A stretch of DNA of 64,000 nucleotides from Acidobacteriota bacterium (GCA_040755995.1 JBFMAF010000020.1:32001-96000), one strand, 5' to 3'; positions 41,712-52,015 are shown, numbered from the stretch's first letter. Notes: generated by a model from the sequence alone, not told the origin. Numbers and translations are program-made.

Positions 41712-42793
41712 TGTTGGATGCGTGCACCTGGGTCGACTCGGCCGACGAGGACTGTTTCGCCATCGGTGAGTCCTGACGTGACCTCCCAGAGGCTGTCGTT
41801 GGAAGCCCCGGTCGTCACCGGTCGTACGACGACGTCACCTCCATCGCGCCGGCAATAGACGAAGGTGCGCCCCCCTTCCCGGTGAAGCGCGGCGCGTGGC
41901 ACGGCCAGAACGTCCCCATGTTTGTCGATCGTGATCTGAACCGTCGTGGTCATCTCGGGCCGCAGCGTCCGGCCACTCGGTGCCTCGAAATCCACGACGG
42001 TTATGTAGTCGACGACGTTGTCTCGAATCTCCGGCGTGGGATAGATCGCGCTCACCCGGCCCTCGAACTCCTCGCCAGGGTAGGTGTCGACGGTGAAGTG
42101 GGCGGCTTGTCCGATCCGGATGCGTCCGATGTCGGTCTCGTCCACGTATGCCCGCACCTCCAGGCGCGCCAGGTCCACGAGCGTGACGAAGGTGGGGGCC
42201 GCGAGGCTGGCCGAGACCGTCTCGCCTTCCTGTGTCGAGATGGAGGCGACGACGCCGGCGATGGGCGCGTCGATCCGCGCGTAGTCGAGCTGCGTGCTGG
42301 CGAGGGCGAGGTTGGCCGCGGCCTCGGCCTTCCTCTGAGCCGCCACTGCGCGATCGCGCTCCGCAAGCTCGAGATCTGCTGGAGCGACTAACCCGGACGC
42401 CCAGAGCCGGCGCGTGCGGTCGAGGTCCGCGACGTCGCGTTCGAGATTGGCCTGGGCTGCGGCCAGCGCGGCGGCGGCCTGGTCGCGGCGCGCCTGGAGC
42501 TCGCGGTCATCGAGCTCCGCGAGAAGCTGTCCCTTCTCGACCCGGTCGCCGATCTTCACGTGGAGTTGTGCCACGACTCCTGAGGCGCGCGAGCCGACCT
42601 TCACCTCCGCACCCACCATTGCCTTGATGACGCCGGTCGCCTTGACGTTGGTCTCGACGGGACGACGAGTCACCCGAGCACTCGTCCAATCCCGCGAGGG
42701 CTGCGCGTCGTCTCGGGCGGCGCTCCGAGTCAGAATTGCCACCGGGATGACCACGATCCCTGCAATCACGATTCCCCATGCCAGCTTCTTCAT
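41708..42793 (-). CDS. Periplasmic adaptor (MacA-like membrane fusion protein)
   Basis: VGSRASG...GDRVEKGQLLA, I.APIAGVV, VDETDIGRI..GQ, LRPEMT; GGAGGA RBS. Confidence 0.93.
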   Translation of the reverse strand: MKKLAWGIVIAGIVVIPVAILTRSAARDDAQPSRDWTSARVTRRPVETNVKATGVIKAMVGAEVKVGSRASGVVAQLHVKIGDRVEKGQLLAELDDRELQARRDQAAAALAAAQANLERDVADLDRTRRLWASGLVAPADLELAERDRAVAAQRKAEAAANLALASTQLDYARIDAPIAGVVASISTQEGETVSASLAAPTFVTLVDLARLEVRAYVDETDIGRIRIGQAAHFTVDTYPGEEFEGRVSAIYPTPEIRDNVVDYITVVDFEAPSGRTLRPEMTTTVQITIDKHGDVLAVPRAALHREGGRTFVYCRRDGGDVVVRPVTTGASNDSLWEVTSGLTDGETVLVGRVDPGARIQQ

Positions 42794-42819
42794 TCCGAGC
42801 TCCTCCACGCCCCAGGGGA

Positions 42820-42869
42820 AAGATAGAACACGAAGTTGTCTCGGTTGTGTCTGAGTTGTAACAGGTTGA
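42820..42869 (-). promoter_or_regulatory. Four direct repeats (ACAAC-like) upstream of a -10 box; putative OmpR-family sites
   Basis: Plus strand GTTGT at 42835, 42844, 42855 and GTTGA at 42865; minus strand TATCTT at 42820-42825. Confidence 0.55.
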
Positions 42870-43316
42870 AACAATAAGAAGGCTCCTCTGGTGTAATCAC
42901 CAGAGAGCGGTCCGTCCGCGACGAAGGAAAATCTACAGACCCCTTGAGACTATGACCCTTTGGCCCTATATTCCTACTCGTGGGGTATGATGTCGATGGG
43001 AACTCGAACATGGTACCATTTGCCACATCCACCGATCTGGCTATCGGAGAGTTGGAGAAGCAATCTTCTATTGCCTCGCCCAGTGGATACGTGGACCCCG
43101 CTGTATTGCCATGCGTGGAGGGGTTGACAGGTGGGAACATCGAGGTCTGGTCGCGCGCGCCCACCGGCGAGGTGCTCGGAAGCGTGCCGGCCATCCACGG
43201 AATCTGCAGCATCGTCCGAGTTCGACAGGTCCTCTGGACCGGTGCTCTTTCCACGATCGACACGAGCACGCCGAGCTAGAGGGTTTTGCCCGGCCGTGCG
43301 GAGTGCGGAGGCGAAT

Positions 43317-45923
43317 ATGAGGCGTTCCCGGCTGATTCTCCTTGCCACGGCCCTGAGTGCGTCAACCCTGGCAATTCCCGCGACTGCTGTTGTTCTGCAC
43401 GCTTCGAATGACGTCGATGGTTGGGTCAAACACGAGCTCGGTCATTCGGTGCGATGGGGCCGGATCGTGGCGACGCAAGCATCATTGGTCTATGCGGCTG
43501 CGGACGCTCAGACGTCCCCCGCGGGCGTCTTCTTGTCAACTGACGGGGGCGCCACATGGGACGATGCGAATGGCAACCTGCCCGAAACCGGGATACGTGC
43601 CATCGCCGTCGACCCGCTCGACTCGAAGGTCATCTACGCTGCGCTCTCGATTCATGGTGTCTACAAGAGCCTGGATCAGGGGCGCAGCTGGAACCTCGCG
43701 ACAGCGGGGCTGCCTCCCGATATCGAAACAACGTGCATTCACGCGAACCCTCGAGCGAGCAGCTCTCTGCTGCTCGGGCTCAAAGGCGGCGGCGTCTTTG
43801 TTAGCACGGATGGGGCCGGCACATGGACTCGGGCCGCCACCTTCAGCGGCGACGTCACCGCAATCGCTTCAGATCCGGACGATGGGAATGTGTACTACAT
43901 CGGGACGTCCGATCAAGGAGTTTACAGGTCCGCGGACGGGGGCTGGACCTGGCTCGCGACACAGGTTGGCCAGTCGGGAAGGGCCGAGGGTCCGATAACG
44001 GCGATCGTCGTCGATCCGTCGGCGACGAATAACGTCTACCTTGCCACAGCATCCGACGGAATCTGGAAATCGACAGACGCCGGGGACACGTGGGCTAGAG
44101 AGACAGGGGGACTGAATGACTCCAGGATCAACGACCTGATTCTCGACAGCACGGATGCGTCCATTCTCTACGCGGCGACGGCGAGCCAAGGCGTTTTTAC
44201 ATCGATCGATGGTGGCGCGCACTGGGTCCAGTTTCCGACCCTGGACATGGCGGACATGAGAGTGCTCGGTCTTGCACTGGATAGAACGGACGGGGATCGC
44301 CTTTACGCGTGGACCCCCACAGCCCTCTACGTGTACCGAATGCAAGCGGCTCCGCGGATCTTGAAGTTCCGGGCAGATCCCGAGAACGTCTCGCGAGGGG
44401 AATCGTCGACTCTGTCCTGGACCGTGGCGAACGCCACCTCCTGTACGATCGATCACCGGATCGGTCACGTCCGGTCGAAGGGACGCAGAACAGTCTCCCC
44501 GCGAACGACAACGACCTACACTCTCACCGCCAAAGGTAAGGGCGGAGCGGCCCGGGCACAGGTCACGGTGACGGTGGGAAGTGGGCGACCCATTATCGAG
44601 TCGTTCGCGGCAAACCCTTCGGCGATTGTTGCCGGGAGCAGCACGACGCTCAGTTGGGCAACCAAGGGCGCGACCCGCTGCGCACTTAACCACGGGATTG
44701 GAGAAGTCCCAACGAGCGGCTCGGTTGTGGTCTCGCCATCGGCAACGACGACTTACACGCTGAGGGCGACGGGCAGCGGCGGTGTCACGGCCTGGTCCGT
44801 GACGGTCTCGGTCTCCCCCATCGTGATCGACTCCTTCTCCGCCACCCCCTCGGCGATTCTTGTCGGGAGCAGCGCGACGCTCAGTTGGTCAACCCAGGGG
44901 GCGACCCACTGCGCACTTGACAACCTGATTGGAGAAGTCCCCACGAGCGGCTCGGTTGTGGTCTCGCCATCGGCGACGACGGTCTATACTCTAACCGCGA
45001 GCGGGTCTGGCGGCACGACGACCAAGACGACGACGGTGACGGTCACTGCCATTTACGGCTTCGCAGCGAGCCCGGCGTCGATCAACACAGGCGATAGCAC
45101 GACCTTATCCTGGCAGGCCGGAGGCACCTCCGCCTCAATTGACCACGGCATCGGCGGCGTGCCAATCAACGGCTCGATTGTCGTCTCACCCGCCACGACC
45201 ACGACTTACACGCTCACGGCATGGGCTCCGGGAGGGTTTTCAGTCACGGCGGCCGTCACTGTTCTCGTAAACCAGCTTCCCACGATAGACAATCTCACGG
45301 CAGCGCCCGATCCTGTCGAAAGCGGCCAACAGGCAACGATCACCTTCACGCTCAACGATCCGGAAGGGGACACGATGAGCTGGACGGCGACAGTGTCGAA
45401 CGGAGGCGGCGGGGTACTCGACGTCACCGCCGGGAGCGGTGTCAGTTCCGGGTCGACGGTGACCGTGCATTTCACTTCGTCAGCCGTCGCACACGTTTCG
45501 GTTCGGATTGACGTCAGCGACGCAGGCGGCGCGACGAACAGCGCGACCGCCGCCTTCGCCGTCAAACTCACCCGGAGCGTTGTGGGAACCCTCACAAGGC
45601 CGGCTCCTGGGACTATTATCATCCCAGGGCTATTTGTCCCCGTACCGTACGCGAGGGTTTCTTCCGCATCCACACTAATGATCACCGCCACCGTAACCGG
45701 CTCGACCTTCAGCTATCTCGCCGTCTCCCTCGCGAACGCCGGGAGCGGCACGTATACTCCATTCGAGCCTCTTGTGAACGGCCTGAACACATACGCGATC
45801 CAGAATGATGGGACGAACAACGCTTGGTTCGGCCTTGGGTTGCCGGGGAGTGTGTATGACGGTGTCGGCTTTGACTTCTCGGCGGGAGCTGCCAATTTGA
45901 ACATCTCCTGGGTCTGGCAGTAG
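43317..45923 (+). CDS. Secreted BNR/Asp-box beta-propeller protein with tandem Ig/PKD-like repeats
   Basis: GGAGG RBS; signal peptide; six S.DGG.TW-type Asp-boxes; four F.A.P..I..G.S.TLSW...SP..TTTYTL repeats. Confidence 0.88.
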   Translation: MRRSRLILLATALSASTLAIPATAVVLHASNDVDGWVKHELGHSVRWGRIVATQASLVYAAADAQTSPAGVFLSTDGGATWDDANGNLPETGIRAIAVDPLDSKVIYAALSIHGVYKSLDQGRSWNLATAGLPPDIETTCIHANPRASSSLLLGLKGGGVFVSTDGAGTWTRAATFSGDVTAIASDPDDGNVYYIGTSDQGVYRSADGGWTWLATQVGQSGRAEGPITAIVVDPSATNNVYLATASDGIWKSTDAGDTWARETGGLNDSRINDLILDSTDASILYAATASQGVFTSIDGGAHWVQFPTLDMADMRVLGLALDRTDGDRLYAWTPTALYVYRMQAAPRILKFRADPENVSRGESSTLSWTVANATSCTIDHRIGHVRSKGRRTVSPRTTTTYTLTAKGKGGAARAQVTVTVGSGRPIIESFAANPSAIVAGSSTTLSWATKGATRCALNHGIGEVPTSGSVVVSPSATTTYTLRATGSGGVTAWSVTVSVSPIVIDSFSATPSAILVGSSATLSWSTQGATHCALDNLIGEVPTSGSVVVSPSATTVYTLTASGSGGTTTKTTTVTVTAIYGFAASPASINTGDSTTLSWQAGGTSASIDHGIGGVPINGSIVVSPATTTTYTLTAWAPGGFSVTAAVTVLVNQLPTIDNLTAAPDPVESGQQATITFTLNDPEGDTMSWTATVSNGGGGVLDVTAGSGVSSGSTVTVHFTSSAVAHVSVRIDVSDAGGATNSATAAFAVKLTRSVVGTLTRPAPGTIIIPGLFVPVPYARVSSASTLMITATVTGSTFSYLAVSLANAGSGTYTPFEPLVNGLNTYAIQNDGTNNAWFGLGLPGSVYDGVGFDFSAGAANLNISWVWQ

Positions 45924-46161
45924 ACGCAGACGAAGTCCCCGACGCGGCGAGGCCGCGACAGTGCAGGTGGCTCGACCAGCTCGGGGAGCCCCTACCCGAA
46001 CGAATGGGGAATGAGAAGTCAGGAACGACGATCTACGGGGTATTCCTGAGTTCCCTGTTCCTCTCATTCTGAGGCCGGAGCCCAAAGAATCGATATGCCG
46101 GCCCGGCATGGATCATCAGGTCAAGGCGTTTCGCCAGTCCACTGCACAGGGCTCAAGGCGG

Positions 46162-47388
46162 CTATTTCCGATCATCCGGTGCCACTTTGGCGGTCAGCAA
46201 CGCCAGAACCCATTCCAGGCTGTACCTGCCCCTGGTCTTCTGCCAGAGATACAACGTCACCTCGAGCGCCACGATCGCGGCGAGGCCGCACGCGAGCGCC
46301 GGGATGTCATTCATGAGCGAGGAGATGCGGTACTGGCCGCTGACAAGGTATACCGCCAAGAGCGTCCAACCGATGATCAGGTAGTGCAGGAAATAGAAGG
46401 AAAGCGAGAACCTGCTGGTAAGGCTGAGGAGGCGCCCGAAGTGTCCTTCGGCTGCATTGCCTATCTTGAGCACGTCGAAGAAGTAGAACAGGAAGCTGTA
46501 GGACGCGAGCACCATCCCGGTCTGGAACAGGACCATGCTGGAGGAGTCCGGGCTGAAACTCAGGGGGGCGATGAAGCCGCCGATGACGGCCGCCGCAGGG
46601 GCGCCGCGGGCTGCATACGCCGTTGCGAGCCCGGCCGTCGCCAACGACGCGCCGAGAACGAATAGGTGCAGCACATCTCCCCGAGCCTTCCCCTCGACTA
46701 TGCGCCGACCCAGCACGAACCCGATCAACGGAAACATGAGCCACGGGAAGAGAGGGAAGTATCCGTTCGCCAAGAAGCCGAGGACGATCGGCTTGACCTG
46801 CCAGATGACATGGTACTTCGCGATCGGCTCGACGTAAGCCCCGGGTAGGTACTCAGAAATGAACGGTACGTTCCTCAGCCCGCCTCCCCAGTAAGCGGCG
46901 AACTCGGTGGTCCCGCGCAAGATGGGCGCGGCCAGGCCCAGGCCGGCGGCCGACAACAGAATCGCCCGCGAGCGCAGCGAACGGCAGCCGTATAGGACGA
47001 CCGTCGCAAACCCCATGAGAGTCAGGATGTCCCACTGCCACAGCTGGCTCGGTCCCCAGGTGAGTGCGAGCATCAGTAGCCCGATGCCGAAGATGTACAA
47101 GCTGCGAATGACGGCACGCCTGAGGAGCAGACTATCGTCGGGGAATCCCCGCCTCGCGGTTGAGAGCACCTGGCTCATTCCCATCATCATGAGGAAGCAG
47201 GCGGCTCCCCAGTCGCCCAAAGCGTGATCCATCAGGAAGTAGGGCCAGGTGTTGGCCGCCTGGTCGTTACCGAAGTAGAGCTGGAAGTGGTCCAAGACCA
47301 TCCCGATGAGCGCGCAGCCGCGCATCACATCGATGGATAGAACTCGCTCGGAGTGCTGGTGAGAGGAGCTGACCGATTCTGTTGACAT
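46162..47388 (-). CDS. DUF1624 / HGSNAT-like multi-pass membrane protein
   Basis: R..SIDVMRG.ALIGM..DH, WDILTLMG, GYFPLFPWL.FPLIG, SLSFYFLH. Confidence 0.85.
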   Translation of the reverse strand: MSTESVSSSHQHSERVLSIDVMRGCALIGMVLDHFQLYFGNDQAANTWPYFLMDHALGDWGAACFLMMMGMSQVLSTARRGFPDDSLLLRRAVIRSLYIFGIGLLMLALTWGPSQLWQWDILTLMGFATVVLYGCRSLRSRAILLSAAGLGLAAPILRGTTEFAAYWGGGLRNVPFISEYLPGAYVEPIAKYHVIWQVKPIVLGFLANGYFPLFPWLMFPLIGFVLGRRIVEGKARGDVLHLFVLGASLATAGLATAYAARGAPAAAVIGGFIAPLSFSPDSSSMVLFQTGMVLASYSFLFYFFDVLKIGNAAEGHFGRLLSLTSRFSLSFYFLHYLIIGWTLLAVYLVSGQYRISSLMNDIPALACGLAAIVALEVTLYLWQKTRGRYSLEWVLALLTAKVAPDDRK

Positions 47389-47745
47389 GGTACCCGTTTC
47401 CGGCCTTCCTTGCTTCTTCCGCTTTACTACATCAGTAGTATCGCATTCAGGGGACGCATTGAGCCTGGTCAGCTATCAGAAGCGAGCCCGAATCCTTCCC
47501 ACGCCAGAATACCCTCCACCGACCAGCAATGCAAGTTCAGCGCCGCGGATGAACTGCCGACTCCATCGGCGTTCCTATCATCCAATCTCGGAGCGCTCGG
47601 CGGGCGATTCCTCCTCAGCTCACTCGCTCCTCCCTACTCACACATGCGCAACTCGACCTCCAAACCGCGTTCTTTTCTCGAAAGGCAGATGGGATGCACA
47701 ATGTCGATACCGCCGCATGGTGATCTACTGGCCGACTGCGGACCC

Positions 47746-47773
47746 TTGAAATACCCCGCGAGGGTGCTATGTT
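47746..47773 (+). promoter_or_regulatory. Putative sigma70 promoter (extended -10)
   Basis: TTGAAA-N16-TATGTT with TGn immediately upstream of the -10. Confidence 0.45.
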
Positions 47774-47975
47774 GAGACAATTGGGGCAGGGCAGGACCCA
47801 AGAGTAGACGCGGGTGTTGTCTGTGATCACGCGGGTGGCAGGGGGCGGGTCCGATGGGTGGCAGTCGATGCCGGGACGGGGTTTCCTCGCCACCCCCCGA
47901 GGGGGCTTGCGCGTGTTCTCGGGCTCGATCGCACGGGCGCGACGCGTTTGCACAGGAAATCAGGAGTAGAAACGA

Positions 47976-48851
47976 ATGAAATCACATCGGTTCCCCTCAA
48001 CTGCGGCCCTCACGGCGGCGGCAATTGTCGTAGTGATCCTCCTCATGGGAGGCCTTGCTCTATCGGCGGCTGAGCCGGCAGACAGCGAGCAGTTGCAGGC
48101 AGGCGCAGGTCCCGCCTTCATCCACGTCGCCAGTCCTGCGAATATCTCCGGCAACTACACCGACATCGACAATCCGGCATCGAACAACAGACCGGATGCG
48201 GTCATGCAGGTCACGGCGAATTGGGCCCCCCACAGCGTCTACAACAACCACCCTATCGGCGTCTGGTACCACAACAATCGGTGGTCCATCTTCAACCAGG
48301 ACCTGGCAGCCATGCCCGACCAGGCGGCGTTCAATGTCCAGGTGCTCAAGAGAAGCAGGGCAGCGTTCATTCATTCGGCCAGCAAGGCGAACAGCGTCGG
48401 CAACTGGACGGACGTCAGCAGCCCCAAGACGAACGGCAAGCCCAACGCTCTGGTGTTGGTAACACCGAACTGGGCGCCTCGCCACGTCTACGACAACCAC
48501 TCCATCGGCGTTTGGTACCACTCCAAGTGGTCGATCTTCCACCAGGACGGTGCGCCCATCCCCCGCAAGGCGGCATACAATGTCCAGGTCCTCAAGACTG
48601 GCCCATCAGCCTTCATTCACGTGGCGGATCCCTCCAACAGCGCTGGCAACTGGACCGACATCGACAGCGCCGCCACCAACGCCCGGCCGGACGCCATCGT
48701 GATCGTCACACAGAACTGGGCTCCACACGGGGTCTACAATGACCATCCGATCGGGTTGTGGTACCACAGCGGCAAGTGGTCCATCTTCAACCAGGACTTG
48801 ACACCCATCCCCAATCAGGCAGCCTTCAACGTGCACGTGCTGTATCCCTGA
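47976..48851 (+). CDS. Secreted protein of three ~83-aa repeats (DUF7452-like)
   Basis: AGGAG RBS; signal peptide; 3x AFIH...GN.TDI...T.NWAP..VY..H.IG.WYH..WSIF.QD...P..AAFNV. Confidence 0.85.
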   Translation: MKSHRFPSTAALTAAAIVVVILLMGGLALSAAEPADSEQLQAGAGPAFIHVASPANISGNYTDIDNPASNNRPDAVMQVTANWAPHSVYNNHPIGVWYHNNRWSIFNQDLAAMPDQAAFNVQVLKRSRAAFIHSASKANSVGNWTDVSSPKTNGKPNALVLVTPNWAPRHVYDNHSIGVWYHSKWSIFHQDGAPIPRKAAYNVQVLKTGPSAFIHVADPSNSAGNWTDIDSAATNARPDAIVIVTQNWAPHGVYNDHPIGLWYHSGKWSIFNQDLTPIPNQAAFNVHVLYP

Positions 48852-48872
48852 CCGGTGGCACGAGCCCGCTTC

Positions 48873-48925
48873 GCGCGGCGCGTTGGACCAGGGGAGGGAG
48901 CCGATTCGTCTCCAGCGCGCCGCGC
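48873..48925. terminator. GC-rich hairpin between convergent genes
   Basis: GCGCGGCGCGTTGGA...TCCAGCGCGCCGCGC. Confidence 0.45.
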
Positions 48926-49040
48926 CGGGTCTGGCGCGGACTGGCCGAGATGCAGGTTCTGCTGAAGACGGACGCCCACGATGTAGTGGTCGTCGGGATA
49001 GACGATCTTGGCGCGATTTACGGAGAACCCGTGAGCGGTC

Positions 49041-49556
49041 CTAGATCAGTGCGTTCCCCCCGGCTACGTACGCATCCTGCAGCGCATCGACGTGTCTCTT
49101 GAGATCCGCCCAATCCTTCCAGAATTTCCTGTCGCAGGTGCGTAGACTCTTGCACTGGATGCAAGAAGCCAGCTTCTTGTCGACCGCGCATTTCAGCACC
49201 GTGCACCGCTGGTTGTTTGCGTTGGTCGGCTTGCCTGGGGCCTTGCACCCGTAGCAGAAGACCTTGTCGGCGTCGAAATCCTCTCCGGTGTTGGCCTTCC
49301 ACCCCCACTCGTCGTAGACGGCACGTTTCATCTCGACGTTGTTCTCCTGGGTAGCCTTGTAGAGCTTGCAGTCTGGGCCGCAAACCAGACCGCAATATGA
49401 GAGTTTGTCGGGGTCCGGCGGAGACGGCTTCTCGCCCGATGACGTCTGCCCCGCCTCCGCGGCGCGAGCCTGAAACGGACACAGAGCTAGCGCGCAGGTC
49501 ACTCCAGCTTGTGAGCACACTTTCATGAAGTCGCGGCGTCCAATGATGTCCAGCAT
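49041..49556 (-). CDS. DUF3795 Cys-rich protein with twin-arginine signal peptide
   Basis: GGAGG RBS; GRRDFMK...ARA; CGLVC...C, CYGCK, C....C......SCIQC.....C. Confidence 0.85.
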   Translation of the reverse strand: MLDIIGRRDFMKVCSQAGVTCALALCPFQARAAEAGQTSSGEKPSPPDPDKLSYCGLVCGPDCKLYKATQENNVEMKRAVYDEWGWKANTGEDFDADKVFCYGCKAPGKPTNANNQRCTVLKCAVDKKLASCIQCKSLRTCDRKFWKDWADLKRHVDALQDAYVAGGNALI

Positions 49557-50071
49557 ACGAATCCTCCAAATTATCGTGTCGCAGTTGTTCTGCCAGTTCG
49601 CCCGAAGCTCGCCTTCGCGGCCCTCTGGAATCGATCCAGCCACAAGCTACAGGAAACGCCGCGACCGCCAATCGGCGTTGTTGCCGATCGCCGGATTCTC
49701 GGGACGAAGTGGCCCTGACCCGGGGTGACAACTCGGGAGATCCGCTCGGCGGGAGACTCGGCGCGGAGACGGGAGACGGGGAGGCCGCCGCGTTGGCGTG
49801 CAGGTGCGGCGACATGGTAACGTCTGCGCCGAATTCCGGAGAGATGATCTCTCTTGAAGACGGCTGAAGGGCACCCTGCGCTGATTGTTTGCGTTCACTC
49901 GTTCCGGGGCGGCACGGGCAAGTCGAACACGACGGCGAACATGGCGGCCCCGTAGGCGCCAGCTGCTTGCGCTAGCAACTCCTCTCGTGATCCAGGACAA
50001 GGGGAGGCAGGACCATGATCGCTGGGTGAGCACCGCGCCGAGGACCGTTGCGGCCGCCCGATGATCGACTA

Positions 50072-50863
50072 CTAAGGCTTCCTGGCGGCGTAGCCCTCTT
50101 CCAGAAACTGGGGGAAGCCTCTGTCTGAGGCACGTTCGATGAGGAGCTTTGCGGGGAACGCAGCGGCAAGCGAACGGATCATCCGTCCGTAGGTCGGATA
50201 GCCGAGCGACTTCGTGCCGTCCTCGCTGACATAGGCCATGAGCTGTTCCCAGGTCAGTTGTGGCGAGTCGCCCACTCGCGCCTCGAAGTTCCCAGCGCAC
50301 AGAATGGCCAGCCCCTCGAAGAACCACGTCGGCCCCATCGCCTCCTCACTTCCGTGCAGCGACACAGCGACTCTCGCATGGGCCCGGTGGGCAACTTCGT
50401 GCGCGATCAGACCACGATACTGCGCCTCATCCCACGGCCAGTCCGGGTAGAGCCGAATATAGGTCTTCCGATAGACCTCCGGGCACACAACGAACAGGGT
50501 CTTCTGGTCGACTGTGCCGCTGAACGAATCCGGGACGGCGGTCCGGTCGACCCCGAAATGGGCGGCCACCTTCGTCTGCGCTGTCTCGATGTCACCAAGA
50601 ACAACGGCCCTGTCGATCAGGTCCTCCCTGCGCGTCTCGAATCCCTGTTGCGTGAACCACGCCGCGACCCGGTCCACGGCCGCCAGGATGTCCTCTCGAT
50701 AACGATCCCGCTCCCCCTCCAGATCGGCTGGAAGCTCGATTCGAATGTCGTGGTTCATGTTCCGATCCTGTGCGGCGGTCGCGCGTGACCACAACGTCAC
50801 CGAAAGAGCGCAGAAGAACAAGGCACGCCTGCCACACCTCTTCTCCACGTCGAATACCCTCAT
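50072..50863 (-). CDS. Secreted gluzincin-like (HExxH) metallopeptidase-domain protein
   Basis: LIAHEVAH followed by PTWFFEGLA; signal-like N-terminus. Confidence 0.7.
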   Translation of the reverse strand: MRVFDVEKRCGRRALFFCALSVTLWSRATAAQDRNMNHDIRIELPADLEGERDRYREDILAAVDRVAAWFTQQGFETRREDLIDRAVVLGDIETAQTKVAAHFGVDRTAVPDSFSGTVDQKTLFVVCPEVYRKTYIRLYPDWPWDEAQYRGLIAHEVAHRAHARVAVSLHGSEEAMGPTWFFEGLAILCAGNFEARVGDSPQLTWEQLMAYVSEDGTKSLGYPTYGRMIRSLAAAFPAKLLIERASDRGFPQFLEEGYAARKP

Positions 50864-50960
50864 CTCACCCATCCTCTCCAAGGGCCGACAACAACTCTTC
50901 GATACGAGCGTTGGGAGCTGGAAGTTCCGACCCCACCTCCGCTTGCGGTGGATATCCTTC

Positions 50961-51423
50961 CTACCGGCGCGACGCGAGCTCGTCGCGCACGAGGCTCTCG
51001 GCTCCACCGGCTGCGACGAGACGCTGCATCGCCGGCAGGAGAGGAGGGATACTCCATGACCTGTCTCCAACGCTCACGGTGGCCTTGACGAAGTCGATCG
51101 TCGCCGTCAGGCCGGTCACGATGGTCTTCTCCGCTTTCGCCCTGTCGGCAAACTGCGTGGCGATCGCACCAGCGAACTCTGGGCAGTCCAGGCAGATGTA
51201 GCCGTTGTTGAATGCGTTGCGCGAGTATGTCTGGCTGAAGCTCACGGCGATCACGAGCTGGATGCCGCGGTACTTGAACTTCGGGATGACCGCCCCGGGT
51301 GTTGTCGTGCGTCATCACATGTTTCGGACGGACCGCCACGAAGTCCAGCGCGTGGACCTCGAACCCCTCCGGCATATCTACCGCAAACTTCTGCGTCACC
51401 TTCTCGATAAGCGTCTGTGCCAT
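50961..51423 (-). pseudogene. Fused-type homoaconitase (aconitase family) relic with frameshift and very large internal deletion
   Basis: GGAGG RBS; MAQTLIEK...RPKHVMTHDNT(+1)GAVIPKF joined directly to swivel-domain KYRGIQLVIAVSFSQTYSRNAFNNG...QRLVAAGG. Confidence 0.8.
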
Positions 51424-51869
51424 GGGCTCCTCCCGTGCACGAATGCGAGATCCCATCATATCAGACGATCCCGCGCGCTCGGAGAGAGCGATCTCGACTG
51501 CTGCCAGGTGCCAGGAGTGATCGGCCTCGACTTGCGGGTGCGTCCGCCGTCTGCAAAGCGCGGGCACGCCTGCTCCGACGCCATCACGCGTCGCCGCGCG
51601 GCCCGCCATGGCAGCGTTCGCCAGAGAGCTGTACCCGGGAGAGTTCCCGGGAAGCGTTTGAGCAACACGCAATCGACTCGTCGAGGCCGCAGAGAGCACA
51701 GGGGGGTGCGGCCGGCCGGGCAGCTCTCTGCGGTCTCCGTATGCGCCGCTCTGAGCAGCCTCAGGTAGGACGCCCGAGATCGTCTCGGAACTGACGGGAA
51801 TCGGCTCATACGGGAGCCATTTCTCATACGCGCGCGCGGGGATTTGGGCGGTCGTTCCAACAAAACTCC

Positions 51870-51898
51870 TTGCGCCGGTGGGTCTCCGCAACTATCAT
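51870..51898 (+). promoter_or_regulatory. Putative sigma70 promoter of the DsrMK-like module
   Basis: TTGCGC-N17-TATCAT. Confidence 0.5.
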
Positions 51899-52015
51899 TT
51901 ACCTCTTGTTGAGGGGGCAGACGGCTGCTGTGAGATCGAGACGCACTGGCATGCGTCGACCAGTCTGGAGGGACTTCATATTCGACCACCGCCCTGATCC
52001 TGAGAGGAGGAGCGC

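Noticed and set aside
44600..45030. Direct DNA repeat as a mobile-element signature
   Set aside because: Explained by tandem Ig-like domain duplication inside the CDS
51424..51860. Lysine riboswitch or coding gene upstream of the homoaconitase relic
   Set aside because: No riboswitch consensus recognised; ORFs are low-complexity Arg/Pro/Ala-rich
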